64,000 bases of DNA. Source: Vulcanimicrobiota bacterium. Lineage in GTDB: Bacteria; Vulcanimicrobiota; Vulcanimicrobiia; Vulcanimicrobiales; Vulcanimicrobiaceae. Shown one piece after another: positions 9,171 to 18,476 of the stretch; the stretch's first letter is position 1, and the number at the start of each line of letters is the position of its first letter. The stretch lies in contig CAVTCS010000003.1 of NCBI GenBank assembly GCA_963733295.1, positions 608,001-672,000 of the forward strand, given 5' to 3'. Both the position numbers and the translations under genes were made by a program. The notes under the pieces were generated by a model, which was given only the letters and a program-made list of their open reading frames with translations, searched no databases and had not been told where the DNA came from.

Positions 9171-10507
9171 TGCAACACAAAGGCGGGATCAGGCAACTTG
9201 CGTTCGTGGCGGCCGCCCTCGCAGCGGTGCCGGGAGTCGCCCTCGCCCAAAGCGCGGCGCCCACGGTCGCTCCGCAATTCGGATACCTGCCTCCGAAGAT
9301 CGTCAAGCGCGGCAGCGCTTCTTCGATTCCCGCCGGCAGCGGCACGGTGACCGTCAAAGTGTTCGTCAAAAAGGATGGCACCGCGCAAGTTCAAAGCATC
9401 ATCAAGTCCAGCAATCACGAACTCGACGCGGCGGCCCTCGAAATCGCCAAGACCTCGACGTATCGTGCCGCGACCAACAACCACAAACCGGTCGACGCGT
9501 TCTATGACTACACGCTGCGCTTCTCCGGCGGGAGTGCCTCGGAGCAAGCCGTCGCGCCGGCGGGGCTCGAAGGCTACGAGCACATGATCGTCGGCAGCCC
9601 GCCGAATTACGCCGGCGCGAAGAGCGGTCTGGAATCGTATCTCGAGGCGCATCCGGGCGACCCAACCGCGTTGACATACTTGGGACTGGCGGACTATTTT
9701 CTCGAGGACTACGACGGCGCGACCGACGCCTTCGAAAAGGTCGGCGACAAGTTGCTGCCGACGTACAAGACGGTAGCCGCTTCGGCCTACGCGCAAGCCG
9801 CCATCAAACAGTCGGGTGCCAAGAACTACGACCGGAGCATCGCGCTCGCGAAGCAGGCCGTAGATCTGGCGCCCTCTTACGCGAACTACAACGCGCTCGG
9901 CTTGACGCAGTTTTATGCCGGTCGCTACCCCGATGCGATAAGCGCTCTCGAAAAGGCGCGTTCGCTGGCCGAGAGTGCCAACGCACCGAACGAGAAGCGT
10001 TCGGACATCGAGGTGAACTTGGTTTCGGCGTACCTCGGTGCGGGACAAGCCGAACAAGCCAAGGCGAGCGCGGCCGCGGCCGTCCGCCTGAACCCCAAGT
10101 CCTCCACCGCCGTCGATATGGCCGTTGAAAACTACTATAACGAGCAGGCGCAAGCGAACTTCAAGCTTCAGAAATACGCGGAGGCCGCCAATTCGTTCGA
10201 GCAAGGGGCTGCCGCCGCGCCGTCTGCGGCCGGGCCACTCTACGCGCAGGCCGCGATCGCATACCTTAAGATGCAACCCACAGCGGACTACGCCAAGGCG
10301 CAGGCCGCTGCCGAGAAATCGCTCGCGCTCGACGCGAACAACGACCTGGCGAACTATGCCGAGGGATTGGCCTTGGCGGGTCTGGGGAAGAAAGCCGACG
10401 CGCTCACCTATTTGAACAAGGCCAGCGCGGCTGCCAAGGCGGCCGGGGACACTGTGGTGGTGAACGCGGTCGAGACTGCGATCAAGCAGCTGAACGCGAC
10501 CAAATGA
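9167..10507 (+). CDS. Secreted protein: signal peptide + TonB C-terminal domain + TPR repeats
   Basis: ALA-Q signal cleavage site; GTVTVKVFVKKDG..IKSSNHELDAAALE (TonB_C pattern); several TPR-like repeats (YNALGLTQFYAGRYPDAISALEKA). Confidence 0.8.
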   Translation: MMQHKGGIRQLAFVAAALAAVPGVALAQSAAPTVAPQFGYLPPKIVKRGSASSIPAGSGTVTVKVFVKKDGTAQVQSIIKSSNHELDAAALEIAKTSTYRAATNNHKPVDAFYDYTLRFSGGSASEQAVAPAGLEGYEHMIVGSPPNYAGAKSGLESYLEAHPGDPTALTYLGLADYFLEDYDGATDAFEKVGDKLLPTYKTVAASAYAQAAIKQSGAKNYDRSIALAKQAVDLAPSYANYNALGLTQFYAGRYPDAISALEKARSLAESANAPNEKRSDIEVNLVSAYLGAGQAEQAKASAAAAVRLNPKSSTAVDMAVENYYNEQAQANFKLQKYAEAANSFEQGAAAAPSAAGPLYAQAAIAYLKMQPTADYAKAQAAAEKSLALDANNDLANYAEGLALAGLGKKADALTYLNKASAAAKAAGDTVVVNAVETAIKQLNATK

Positions 10508-10512
10508 ACAAG

Positions 10513-10586
10513 CGCGAGGAGAAAGACCGGAGCAAGGGAAATAGGCAGTCCTCGCGACGGGGCTCTCGGCGTCGCTTCAATTTTTT
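10513..10586 (+). promoter_or_regulatory. Candidate attenuator (overlapping antiterminator/terminator hairpins) upstream of exbB
   Basis: CGCGAGGA 10513-20 complements TCCTCGCG 10549-56, which overlaps GCGACG 10554-59 / CGTCGC 10570-75, followed by TTCAATTTTTT. Confidence 0.45.
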
Positions 10587-10605
10587 GTCCTGCGGAGTTT
10601 GATGC

Positions 10606-11298
10606 GTGGATTTGTTTTCGGGATTCATTAACTTCCTCGTAAGAGGTGGGCCGGCGATGATGGCCTTGCTCATCTGCTCGGTCGTGGCGGTGGCAATCGT
10701 CATCGAGCGCCTCTGGTTCTTCGCTCAGCAGCATGGGGACAGCAAGACGCTCCTGCGGCAGATCGGAGCCCGGATCCAGGTGGACGACATCCCCGGCGCC
10801 ATACGAGTTTGCAACGAGAACAAGGGGATGCTCCCCAAGATCCTCGAGTTCGGCTTGCTCCGCGGCTCGAAAGGTCGCGCCGACATCACAGATGCGCTCT
10901 CGATAGCGTTAATGGAGCATCTCAACACGCTGGAGCGCAACTTGGGCGTCATCGGGACGATCGCGGTTATCGCGCCGTTCGTCGGTCTATTCGGAACGGT
11001 TTTGGGGATCATTCGCGCCTTCGACGACATCGCGCTGAAAGGCAACTCGACGCCAGCCGTCGTCGCCGCCGGCGTGTCCGAAGCGTTGATCACGACCGCC
11101 GCCGGCCTGTTCGTCGCCGTCCTCGCCGTGATTTTCTTCAACTACTTCAAGACGCGCATCAAGGCGTACAACCAAGAGATGATCGTGGCTGCGAACCAGC
11201 TCGCCGAGATGCTGCACTTCCACAACGTCGGCGAACCGATCCCGACCGACCTCTATACGCCCGTTCCGGCAGCGGCGGCAGTTGGAGCCAAGCCCTAA
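10606..11298 (+). CDS. exbB: MotA/TolQ/ExbB proton channel
   Basis: APFVGLFGTVLGII, GVSEALITTAAGL. Confidence 0.92.
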   Translation: MDLFSGFINFLVRGGPAMMALLICSVVAVAIVIERLWFFAQQHGDSKTLLRQIGARIQVDDIPGAIRVCNENKGMLPKILEFGLLRGSKGRADITDALSIALMEHLNTLERNLGVIGTIAVIAPFVGLFGTVLGIIRAFDDIALKGNSTPAVVAAGVSEALITTAAGLFVAVLAVIFFNYFKTRIKAYNQEMIVAANQLAEMLHFHNVGEPIPTDLYTPVPAAAAVGAKP

Positions 11299-11301
11299 CA
11301 A

Positions 11302-11715
11302 ATGTCGCTTCTCTCGGCGAAACAGGACGAGGACGTCATGGCCGAGATCAACATCACGCCGTTCACTGACGTGCTCTTGGTCTTGCTGATCATTTTTATG
11401 ATTCTAGCCGCGCTGATTACGCCGCCCGGTTTCCAAAAAGAACTGCCCAACAACAATAACAACGCGCAGACGAACAAAGACGACAAGAAAAAGACGATCG
11501 ACATCGAGGTCAACGACAAGGGCGTCATCTTCGTCGACGCTCAGAGGACCGACCAGAAGGGCATCTACGAAGTGTTGGCTCAGACGGCGGCCAGGCGCGG
11601 AAGGTTACACGTTTCGATCACCGCCGACACCAAGGCGCCATACGGAATCATCATCCGCATCTTGGACGCGGCAAAGCTGGCGAACCTCGACGACGTCGGC
11701 TTCGTGACTTCCTAG
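11302..11715 (+). CDS. exbD: ExbD/TolR biopolymer transporter
   Basis: EINITPFTDVLLVLLIIFM, ITADTKAPYG. Confidence 0.92.
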   Translation: MSLLSAKQDEDVMAEINITPFTDVLLVLLIIFMILAALITPPGFQKELPNNNNNAQTNKDDKKKTIDIEVNDKGVIFVDAQRTDQKGIYEVLAQTAARRGRLHVSITADTKAPYGIIIRILDAAKLANLDDVGFVTS

Positions 11716-11728
11716 TGAGAGCACACTA

Positions 11729-12142
11729 ATGGCAGTTTCTGTCGGTCAAGGCGAAGAGGACGTCATGTCGACGATCAACATCACGCCCTTTACGGACGTG
11801 CTGCTGGTCTTGCTGATCATCTTCATCATCCTCGCTTCGGTTACCAAAGAGCCACGGGTTCCCGATGCGAAGAACAAAGACAAGGTCCAAGCCTCGCAGA
11901 TCGTCGTCTACGTGAACGAAAAGAACCAGATCCAGATCGGCTCGCAAGAAGTCAGCATCAGCGACGCCGCGGCTGCGTTCGGGAAGCTCGAGGAGCAAAC
12001 CAACCACAAATTCACGAGCGTCATCATCAAGGCCGATCCGAAAGCCCAGTACGGCACGATTCTGCAAGTCATGGACGCCGCCAAAGGCAAAGACCTGACG
12101 AACTTCGGATTGGCCAATCACATCGAAGGCACGAAGTACTAA
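11729..12142 (+). CDS. exbD: ExbD/TolR biopolymer transporter, second paralog
   Basis: INITPFTDVLLVLLIIF, IKADPKAQYGTILQVMD. Confidence 0.92.
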   Translation: MAVSVGQGEEDVMSTINITPFTDVLLVLLIIFIILASVTKEPRVPDAKNKDKVQASQIVVYVNEKNQIQIGSQEVSISDAAAAFGKLEEQTNHKFTSVIIKADPKAQYGTILQVMDAAKGKDLTNFGLANHIEGTKY

Positions 12143-12175
12143 CTTGCGCGCGCCGCGTGATCCCGGGGACGCTCG

Positions 12176-12967
12176 ATGAGTTCGCAGCCGCCGAACCGGA
12201 GCGCCGCAGTGCCGCCGCCGCCGCCACCCGCGCCGCTTCCACTTCCGCGCGCGACCCGCGTGCGGAATTTTCTGGGCTGGGCCTTTCTGATCTCGATCGG
12301 CATCCATCTCGTCGCCGGGCCTTTCCTCGGCCGGTATAAGCCGTACACCGAGCAAGACAAAGAAATCGAAAAAGTTTCGGTCACCAAGAAGATCAAGGTA
12401 GTCGTTCCGACGCCACCACCGCCGACACCGCCGCCGACACCGCCGCCGAAGACCACGCCGCCGCCGAAGCAAGAGACTGCGCCCCCGCAGACCAAGAAGC
12501 TGAAGCTCAACGTCGTCCACACGCACAACAAAGCTGCGGGACCCGCGGAAAACGCCTACGTTGCACCGCCGGTTGGTAACGAGCAAGGCAACCCGAACGG
12601 AAACTCCAACAACGGGCCGGCCGGCCCGGCCGCGGCGGGTACGCCCGCGGGACCACCGCCGCCGACGGCAACACCGAAACCCGCCTGCGCCAACCCGCAC
12701 GTCGACGCAACGGTAACTCGCGCCGTCGAGCCGGACTATCCCGATTTGGCCCGGCAGCAGGGAGCGGTCGGGGTCACGCAAGTCGAGGTCACGTTGACGG
12801 AGACGGGCGCCGTTTCCAACACAAAGGTGTACAAGTCGTCGGGTAATGCGTCTCTCGACAAGGCGGCGCTCACCGCAGCCAATCAGAGTTCGTATTCTCC
12901 CGAGATCGATAACTGTCAGAAAGAAGCGGGTACGTACCTCTTCCGGGCCGAGTTCACGGCGCAATAG
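12176..12967 (+). CDS. tonB: TonB energy transducer
   Basis: TM helix with SxxxH (SIGIH), Pro-rich linker, PDYPDLARQQG..KSSGNASLDKAAL. Confidence 0.88.
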   Translation: MSSQPPNRSAAVPPPPPPAPLPLPRATRVRNFLGWAFLISIGIHLVAGPFLGRYKPYTEQDKEIEKVSVTKKIKVVVPTPPPPTPPPTPPPKTTPPPKQETAPPQTKKLKLNVVHTHNKAAGPAENAYVAPPVGNEQGNPNGNSNNGPAGPAAAGTPAGPPPPTATPKPACANPHVDATVTRAVEPDYPDLARQQGAVGVTQVEVTLTETGAVSNTKVYKSSGNASLDKAALTAANQSSYSPEIDNCQKEAGTYLFRAEFTAQ

Positions 12968-12998
12968 GGGCGGCCGCCTTGCGGCGGACGCATAGGAG

Positions 12999-13850
12999 AT
13001 GACGTTCGCGCAAGCGCTACTGCTGGCGGTCTTGCAAGGCGCGAGCGAACTCTTTCCGATTTCCAGTCTCGGCCACACGGTGCTGGTGCCGGCGTTGCTT
13101 CGTTGGCGCATCGATCGCAGCGACCCGGGTTTTCTCGCATTCGTCGTCGCGCTGCACTTCGGGACTGCCGTCGCTTTGATCGCGTTCTATCGTCACGATT
13201 GGACGCGGATCGTGAGAGCCTGGTTCGCCAGCGTCGCGCGCGGGCGACTGAGCGATGATGAGTCGGAGAAGATCGCGTGGCTTCTCGTCGCGGGAACGAT
13301 TCCGGTCGCGATTCTCGGCCTGCTTCTCGAGAAACCCGTACGGCAACTTTTCGGCTCGCCGGCCTTGGTCGCAGGTTTCCTCATCGTCAACGCTTTCATC
13401 ATGTTCGCCGGCGAACGGTTGCGGCGCGGCGCCCGCGAGGGCGGCAAACCGCGAGCGCTCGTTTCGCTGACGTGGACCGACGGCGTGAAGGTCGGCGCCT
13501 CGCAAGCGCTCGCGCTGTTCCCAGGAATCTCGCGCTCGGGTTCCTCCATCGTCGGAGGGCTGCTGCTCGGGCTCTCTCACGACGATGCCGCGCGCTTCTC
13601 ATTCTTGCTCGCCACGCCCGCGATCTTCGCGGCATCCGTGCTCGAACTGCCCCGCCTCTTTTCAGCGGCCGCGGCCGGAATGCTCCCCGAGGCGGCGCTC
13701 GGGGCGCTCGTGGCGGGCCTGGTGGCCTATGCCTCAGTCGCCTTTCTGACGCGCTATTTCCATACGAATGATTTGCGTCCGTTCGGATGGTATTGCTTGA
13801 TCTTCGGGGCAGTTTGTCTTACGCTCGCGCTCGCGAAGGTCATCACATGA
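12999..13850 (+). CDS. uppP: Undecaprenyl-diphosphate phosphatase
   Basis: QGASELFPISSLGH, PGISRSG, ARFSFLL. Confidence 0.95.
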   Translation: MTFAQALLLAVLQGASELFPISSLGHTVLVPALLRWRIDRSDPGFLAFVVALHFGTAVALIAFYRHDWTRIVRAWFASVARGRLSDDESEKIAWLLVAGTIPVAILGLLLEKPVRQLFGSPALVAGFLIVNAFIMFAGERLRRGAREGGKPRALVSLTWTDGVKVGASQALALFPGISRSGSSIVGGLLLGLSHDDAARFSFLLATPAIFAASVLELPRLFSAAAAGMLPEAALGALVAGLVAYASVAFLTRYFHTNDLRPFGWYCLIFGAVCLTLALAKVIT

Positions 13851-14029
13851 AAATTCTCGCCATCCTGCTCGCTGCCGTACTCTTCATCGGCGCGGCAGCA
13901 TACCTGATTCCCGGCAGCCCGCTCGGCTTCCACGTGAAGCACGCCGTGCTCAGCGTCGTGCTCGGCGCGTTGGCGCTCGTTTGGTTGCGCTTCCAAACGA
14001 AGAGCGCGTCTCCGACGAGCGCGCGCTAG
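13847..14029 (+). CDS. Small two-TM membrane protein (60 aa)
   Basis: ATGA overlap with the uppP stop; two hydrophobic helices. Confidence 0.65.
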   Translation: MKILAILLAAVLFIGAAAYLIPGSPLGFHVKHAVLSVVLGALALVWLRFQTKSASPTSAR

Positions 14030-14521
14030 TGGGCCGCCCGGTGGCGCCACGCCCCACGCACCTCGCTGGGGACGGGTCGTTGACGATGGTCGACGTCGGC
14101 GCAAAACCGTCGACCGAGCGTTTCGCGCACGCGCGCTCGTTAGTTCGCATGTCCGATCAAACCGAAGACGCGCTGCGCGCTGCGACGCTTCCCAAAGGTG
14201 ACGCGTTCGTAGCCGCGCAGGTCGGCGGGATCATGGCCGCCAAGCAGACCGCGAACTTGATACCGCTCGCGCATCCGTTGCCGCTTTCGAGCGTGGAAGT
14301 TACGTTCGCGTGGATCGAGCCGCGGCGTGTTGCAGATCGATGCGACTGCGCGCACGAGCGCAAAGACCGGCGTGGAGATGGAAGCGATGGTCGCCGCGTC
14401 GGTTGCGGCGCTGGTCGTCTACGATATGACCAAGTCGCTCGAACGCGGGATCGTCGTCGAAAGCGTGCGGCTCATCGAGAAGCGCGGCGGTACGCGCGGG
14501 GACTGGCGGGCGCCGGAATGA
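14029..14521 (+). CDS. moaC: Cyclic pyranopterin monophosphate synthase MoaC (frameshift near 14325)
   Basis: THL..MVDVGAKP, KGD, AAKQTANLIPLAHP in one frame; KTGVEMEA, YDMTK, EKRGG in the next frame. Confidence 0.9.
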
Positions 14522-15003
14522 GCGCGTACCGCGCCGCAGTGCTGGTCCTCTCGGACCGCGCGGCGGCCGGAACGCGCGCAGACGGTTGCATCCCCGTCGT
14601 CCGCGAAGTTCTCGGTGCCGCCTTCGAAGTTGCGCACGCCCGCGTGCTGCCCGACGAACCCGCGATCCTTCAGGCGGAGCTCATCGAACTGTGCGACGGC
14701 GCCGGGATTCCGCTCGTCTTGACGAGCGGCGGCACCGGACTCGGCCCGCGCGACAAGACGCCGCAGGCGACCGCGGCGATCGTCGATTACGAAGTGCCTG
14801 GTTTCGGCGAGGCGATGCGCGCGGCGTCGCTCGCTCACGTGCCCACCGCGATGCTCTCGCGAGCAATCGCCGGCGTGCGGGGCACGACGCTGATCGTAAA
14901 CCTGCCGGGAAGTCCGCGCGCGGTTCGCGAGACCCTCGGGGTGATCTTGCCGGTTATCCCGCACGCTCTCGACTTGCTTGCCGACACCGTAACGGATGGT
15001 TGA
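14518..15003 (+). CDS. mog: Molybdopterin adenylyltransferase MogA/MoaB
   Basis: LSDR, TSGGTGLGPRDKTP, NLPGSPRAV. Confidence 0.9.
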   Translation: MSAYRAAVLVLSDRAAAGTRADGCIPVVREVLGAAFEVAHARVLPDEPAILQAELIELCDGAGIPLVLTSGGTGLGPRDKTPQATAAIVDYEVPGFGEAMRAASLAHVPTAMLSRAIAGVRGTTLIVNLPGSPRAVRETLGVILPVIPHALDLLADTVTDG

Positions 15004-16336
15004 GCGAACGATACGTGAACTACGAAGAGGCGTCGAGCTATTTGCGCGGGACGATCAACGAGACCGCCTCGCGTCGTCAGCCGACCCGGCTCGAACGAAT
15101 GCGCCTGCTGCTGCGCGAACTCGGCGATCCGCAAAACGCGTACCCGACGATCCACGTCGGCGGCACCAGCGGAAAGGGTTCGACTGCGACGATGATCGCC
15201 GCGGCGTTCACCGCTTCGGGCTTGCGTGCCGGCTTGCACACCAAGCCGCATCTGAGTTCGATGACCGAACGCGCGCGGATCGACGGCAGCGCGATCGGCG
15301 AAGACGTCTTCGCCGATTTGCTCTCCGAGATGCTGCCGGCAATCGAGCGGACCGTGCGCGTAGAAGGCCGGCCGTCTTACTATGAAACGCTGCTCGCGCT
15401 GGCTTTCGCGCACTTCGCGCGCGAGGCGGTCGACGTGGGCGTGATCGAGGTCGGGATCGGCGGCTCGCTCGACGGCACGAACGTCCTGCTACCCGAGGTT
15501 GCAGTCATCACGAACGTCGGCCTCGATCACACCGAGATTCTGGGCGAGACGAAGGAAGAAATCGCGCGCGACAAAGCCGGAATCGCCAAGCCGGGAGTTC
15601 CGCTCGTTTCCGATGCGACGCGGAGCTCCGCGCGACGTCATTGCCGAGGTCAGCCGCACAGTGGGCGCGCCGTTCTTCGCCGTCCCGGACCTCGTAAAGA
15701 TCGAAGACCGCCCGAGCGAACCTTACGGACAATCCTTCGTCGCGACGACCGAACGGGGCAGTTACGATCTCTCGCTGCCCGATCTTGGGCGGATTTCAGC
15801 GGCGCAACGCCGCGACTGCGATCGCCGCGCTCGAAAAGCTGGCCGACGACTTGCGTCCTTCGATCGAAAGCGTGGAACGCGGCTTCTCGCAGCTCGTGAT
15901 CCCCGGCCGGATGGAGTTCTTTCCGGCCTTTCCGAGCGTCGTCTTCGACGTCGCGCACAACCCCGACAAAGCGCGCGGCCTCGCCGACGCACTGCGCGAG
16001 ACGTTTCCCCAGAAACGCTTCGTCTTCGTGGTCGCGATCGGCGAGAGCAAGGACGCCGCCGGCGTGCTGCAGCCTTGGCTCGAGCTCCCCGCTTCGTTCG
16101 TGTTCACCTCGTTCGAAACGCCGGGTCGCGCATCGATTCGGCCGCTGACGCTGGTCAACGTTGCGCAGAACGTCGGGCGCTCGGCTCGGGCGATCGTGGA
16201 TCCCGTCGATGCGCTCGCGGTCGCACGCCGCAACGCCGACGGTTCCAACATCGTCGTCGTGACGGGCTCGACGTTCGTCGTCGGGCGGTTACGGGATTGG
16301 TGGCTGACGAATGTCGGCGAACGCTCCCGTAACTGA
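15000..16336 (+). CDS. folC: Folylpolyglutamate/dihydrofolate synthase (frameshifts near 15620 and 15785)
   Basis: IHVGGTSGKGS, EVGIGGSLDGTN, LDHTEILG, PGRME, DVAHNP, TGS motifs spread over three frames. Confidence 0.9.
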
Positions 16337-17189
16337 AGGCACGCGAGCCGCACTCGAAGTTCGCGGCACTCGCTTCCCATGGGGCGCGCGAACCTACGTC
16401 ATGGGCATCGTCAACGTGACGCCCGATTCGTTTTCCGGCGACGGCCTTTGCGAAGCCGGCGCCGCCGTCGCGCACGCGCTCGCTCAGCTCGAAGCCGGCG
16501 CCGACTTCGTCGACATCGGCGCGGAGTCGACGCGCCCGGGTTCGACTCCGCTCGGTTCCGGCGAAGAGCTGCGGAGGCTCCTGCCGGTGGTGCGCGGCGT
16601 TCGCGAGCGCGCTCCGGGTGCCGTCATCTCGATCGACACATTCAAACCGCAGGTCTTCGCCGCGGCTCGGAAGGCCGGCGGCGACCTGCTCAATTCGGTC
16701 TGGGGTCTCGACGATGCGCTGCTGGAGGAAGCGGCCGCGGCGCCCGTGCCGGTGGTGATCATGCACAACAAACGCGTCGCTCTTTACGAGCGCGACGTTG
16801 TCGACGAGGTCCTCGCGTACCTCGAAAGCCAGGCGGAGCGCGCCGTACGTGCCGGCCTTCGCCCCGAGCACGTCATTCTCGATCCGGGAATCGGATTCGG
16901 AAAATCGGCCGAAGACAACCTCGCGCTGCTCGGTGCACTCGACCGCTTGATCGCGCTCGGCTTTCCGACGCTGCTCGGCACGTCACGGAAGTCGACGCTT
17001 GGAAAGCTGACCGGGAAGCCGGTCGGCGAGCGCGCTTTCGCGACGGCCGCTACCGTTGCGCTCGCGATTGCGTCGGGCATCGACATCGTGCGCGTGCACG
17101 ACGTCGCGGAAATGGCCGACGTCGTCGCCGTCGCAGACGCGATCGTCCGCGGCCGCAGACCCGCGAATTGGCTCGAACCGCCGCCTTGA
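16311..17189 (+). CDS. folP: Dihydropteroate synthase
   Basis: MGIVNVTPDSFS, GAESTRPG, DPGIGFGK, SRKS, RVHDV. Confidence 0.95.
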   Translation: MSANAPVTEGTRAALEVRGTRFPWGARTYVMGIVNVTPDSFSGDGLCEAGAAVAHALAQLEAGADFVDIGAESTRPGSTPLGSGEELRRLLPVVRGVRERAPGAVISIDTFKPQVFAAARKAGGDLLNSVWGLDDALLEEAAAAPVPVVIMHNKRVALYERDVVDEVLAYLESQAERAVRAGLRPEHVILDPGIGFGKSAEDNLALLGALDRLIALGFPTLLGTSRKSTLGKLTGKPVGERAFATAATVALAIASGIDIVRVHDVAEMADVVAVADAIVRGRRPANWLEPPP

Positions 17190-17542
17190 ACGAGCGCATC
17201 GCGATTCGCGGCATTCGGGCCTACGGGAAGCACGGAGCTTTGCCGGACGAGCGGCTCCATCCGCAGCTTTTCGTCATCGACGTCGAGGCCGAGCTCGATC
17301 TTTCGCGTGCGCGCGCGAGCGACGAGCTCGCGGATACGGTCGACTACGCAGCATTGCAGACGAGCGTCGTGGCGATCGTCCGCGAGCGATCGTACGCATT
17401 GCTCGAACGCCTCGCCGACGAGTTGACGGCGATGCTGCTCGGCGACGAGCGTATTCTCGCCGCGACCGTCACCGTTGCGAAGCCGAAACTGCTCGACGGG
17501 GCGACGCCCTCGGTCTCCGTGAGGCGCGTCCGTTCCGGGTAA
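17186..17542 (+). CDS. folB: Dihydroneopterin aldolase
   Basis: GKHGALPDER, SDELADTVDY, LLERLA, VAKP; TTG start overlapping the folP stop. Confidence 0.9.
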   Translation: MNERIAIRGIRAYGKHGALPDERLHPQLFVIDVEAELDLSRARASDELADTVDYAALQTSVVAIVRERSYALLERLADELTAMLLGDERILAATVTVAKPKLLDGATPSVSVRRVRSG

Positions 17543-18017
17543 GCCGGCGGCCGCCGTCGTTCGAGCGGCCATCGGGATCGGATCGAACCTGGGAGATCCG
17601 GTCGCGAACGTCACGCGAGCCTTGACGGAGCTCGCGACACTCGGCGACGTCGTCGCGCGCTCGTCGTTGTACCGCAGCGCGCCCTGGGGCGTGCTCGATC
17701 AAGCGCCCTTCGTCAACGCGGCAGCGCTGCTCGAGACCGGCCTTCCCGCGCGCGAGCTGTTGCGAAGACTCAAGACGATCGAACGGAACCTCGGCCGGAA
17801 GGCGACGGTCCGCTGGGGTCCGCGCGTGATCGACTTGGACATTCTGACGTACGGCGCACTTACGATCCGCGAAGAAGGCCTGATCGTGCCGCACGAGCGT
17901 CTCTTCGAGCGCGCTTTCGCGCTCGGGCCCCTAGCCGAGATCGACCCGGCTTTCGCGCCGGCCTTCGCGGCCTTACCACCCGACGCGCGCCAGGGGCTGG
18001 AGCGGATAGGTACCTAG
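17541..18017 (+). CDS. folK: HPPK (6-hydroxymethyl-7,8-dihydropterin pyrophosphokinase); start unresolved
   Basis: IGIGSNLGD, SSLY, FVNAA, WGPRVIDLDIL, PH. No canonical start upstream of GSNLG. Confidence 0.9.
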   Translation, partial: KPAAAVVRAAIGIGSNLGDPVANVTRALTELATLGDVVARSSLYRSAPWGVLDQAPFVNAAALLETGLPARELLRRLKTIERNLGRKATVRWGPRVIDLDILTYGALTIREEGLIVPHERLFERAFALGPLAEIDPAFAPAFAALPPDARQGLERIGT

Positions 18018-18038
18018 GGCCCGCGAAGGCGAGCCAGC

Positions 18039-18476
18039 GTGGATTGGGACAAGGCGCTCGAGCGCGTCCGGGAAGCGGCGGAATTTTGTGCGAGCAGTGG
18101 GCTGGCGCGCTTTCGCGTCGAGGAAGACGACCTCGCGATCGAGGTGAGCCGGACGCCCGCACCCAGCGCCCAACCGGCCGGTGCACCCGATCCGCCTCTC
18201 GCGGTGAACGGGCATTCCGGGAACGGCGTGACCACGGGGCCGGATTCCCGGCCTCAGACGATCTTGAAAGCCGAGTTCGTCGGCGTCGTTCGCTTCTCTC
18301 GACCTTCGGTCAGCGAGGGCACGGTGCTGAGCGGCGCCCGCGAACTCGCCTACGTCGAGTCGCTCGGAATCCGTAACCCCGTCCGCGCGAAGGGACCGGG
18401 TCGTGTCGCAGCCGTCTACGTGAACGACGGCGAGGCGGTGGAATACGGTCAAGCGCTGTTCGCCATCGAGGAATGA
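18039..18476 (+). CDS. accB: Biotin carboxyl carrier protein-like (AccB)
   Basis: Position before accC, V.DGEAVEYGQALF C-terminus. The canonical EAMKM biotinylation motif is replaced by ESLGI. Confidence 0.75.
   Translation: MDWDKALERVREAAEFCASSGLARFRVEEDDLAIEVSRTPAPSAQPAGAPDPPLAVNGHSGNGVTTGPDSRPQTILKAEFVGVVRFSRPSVSEGTVLSGARELAYVESLGIRNPVRAKGPGRVAAVYVNDGEAVEYGQALFAIEE

Noticed and set aside
13981..15003. Apparent MoaC-MogA fusion ORF (340 aa)
   Set aside because: Produced by the frameshift near 14325; the true MoaC C-terminus is in another frame and ends at 14521, overlapping the mog ATG.
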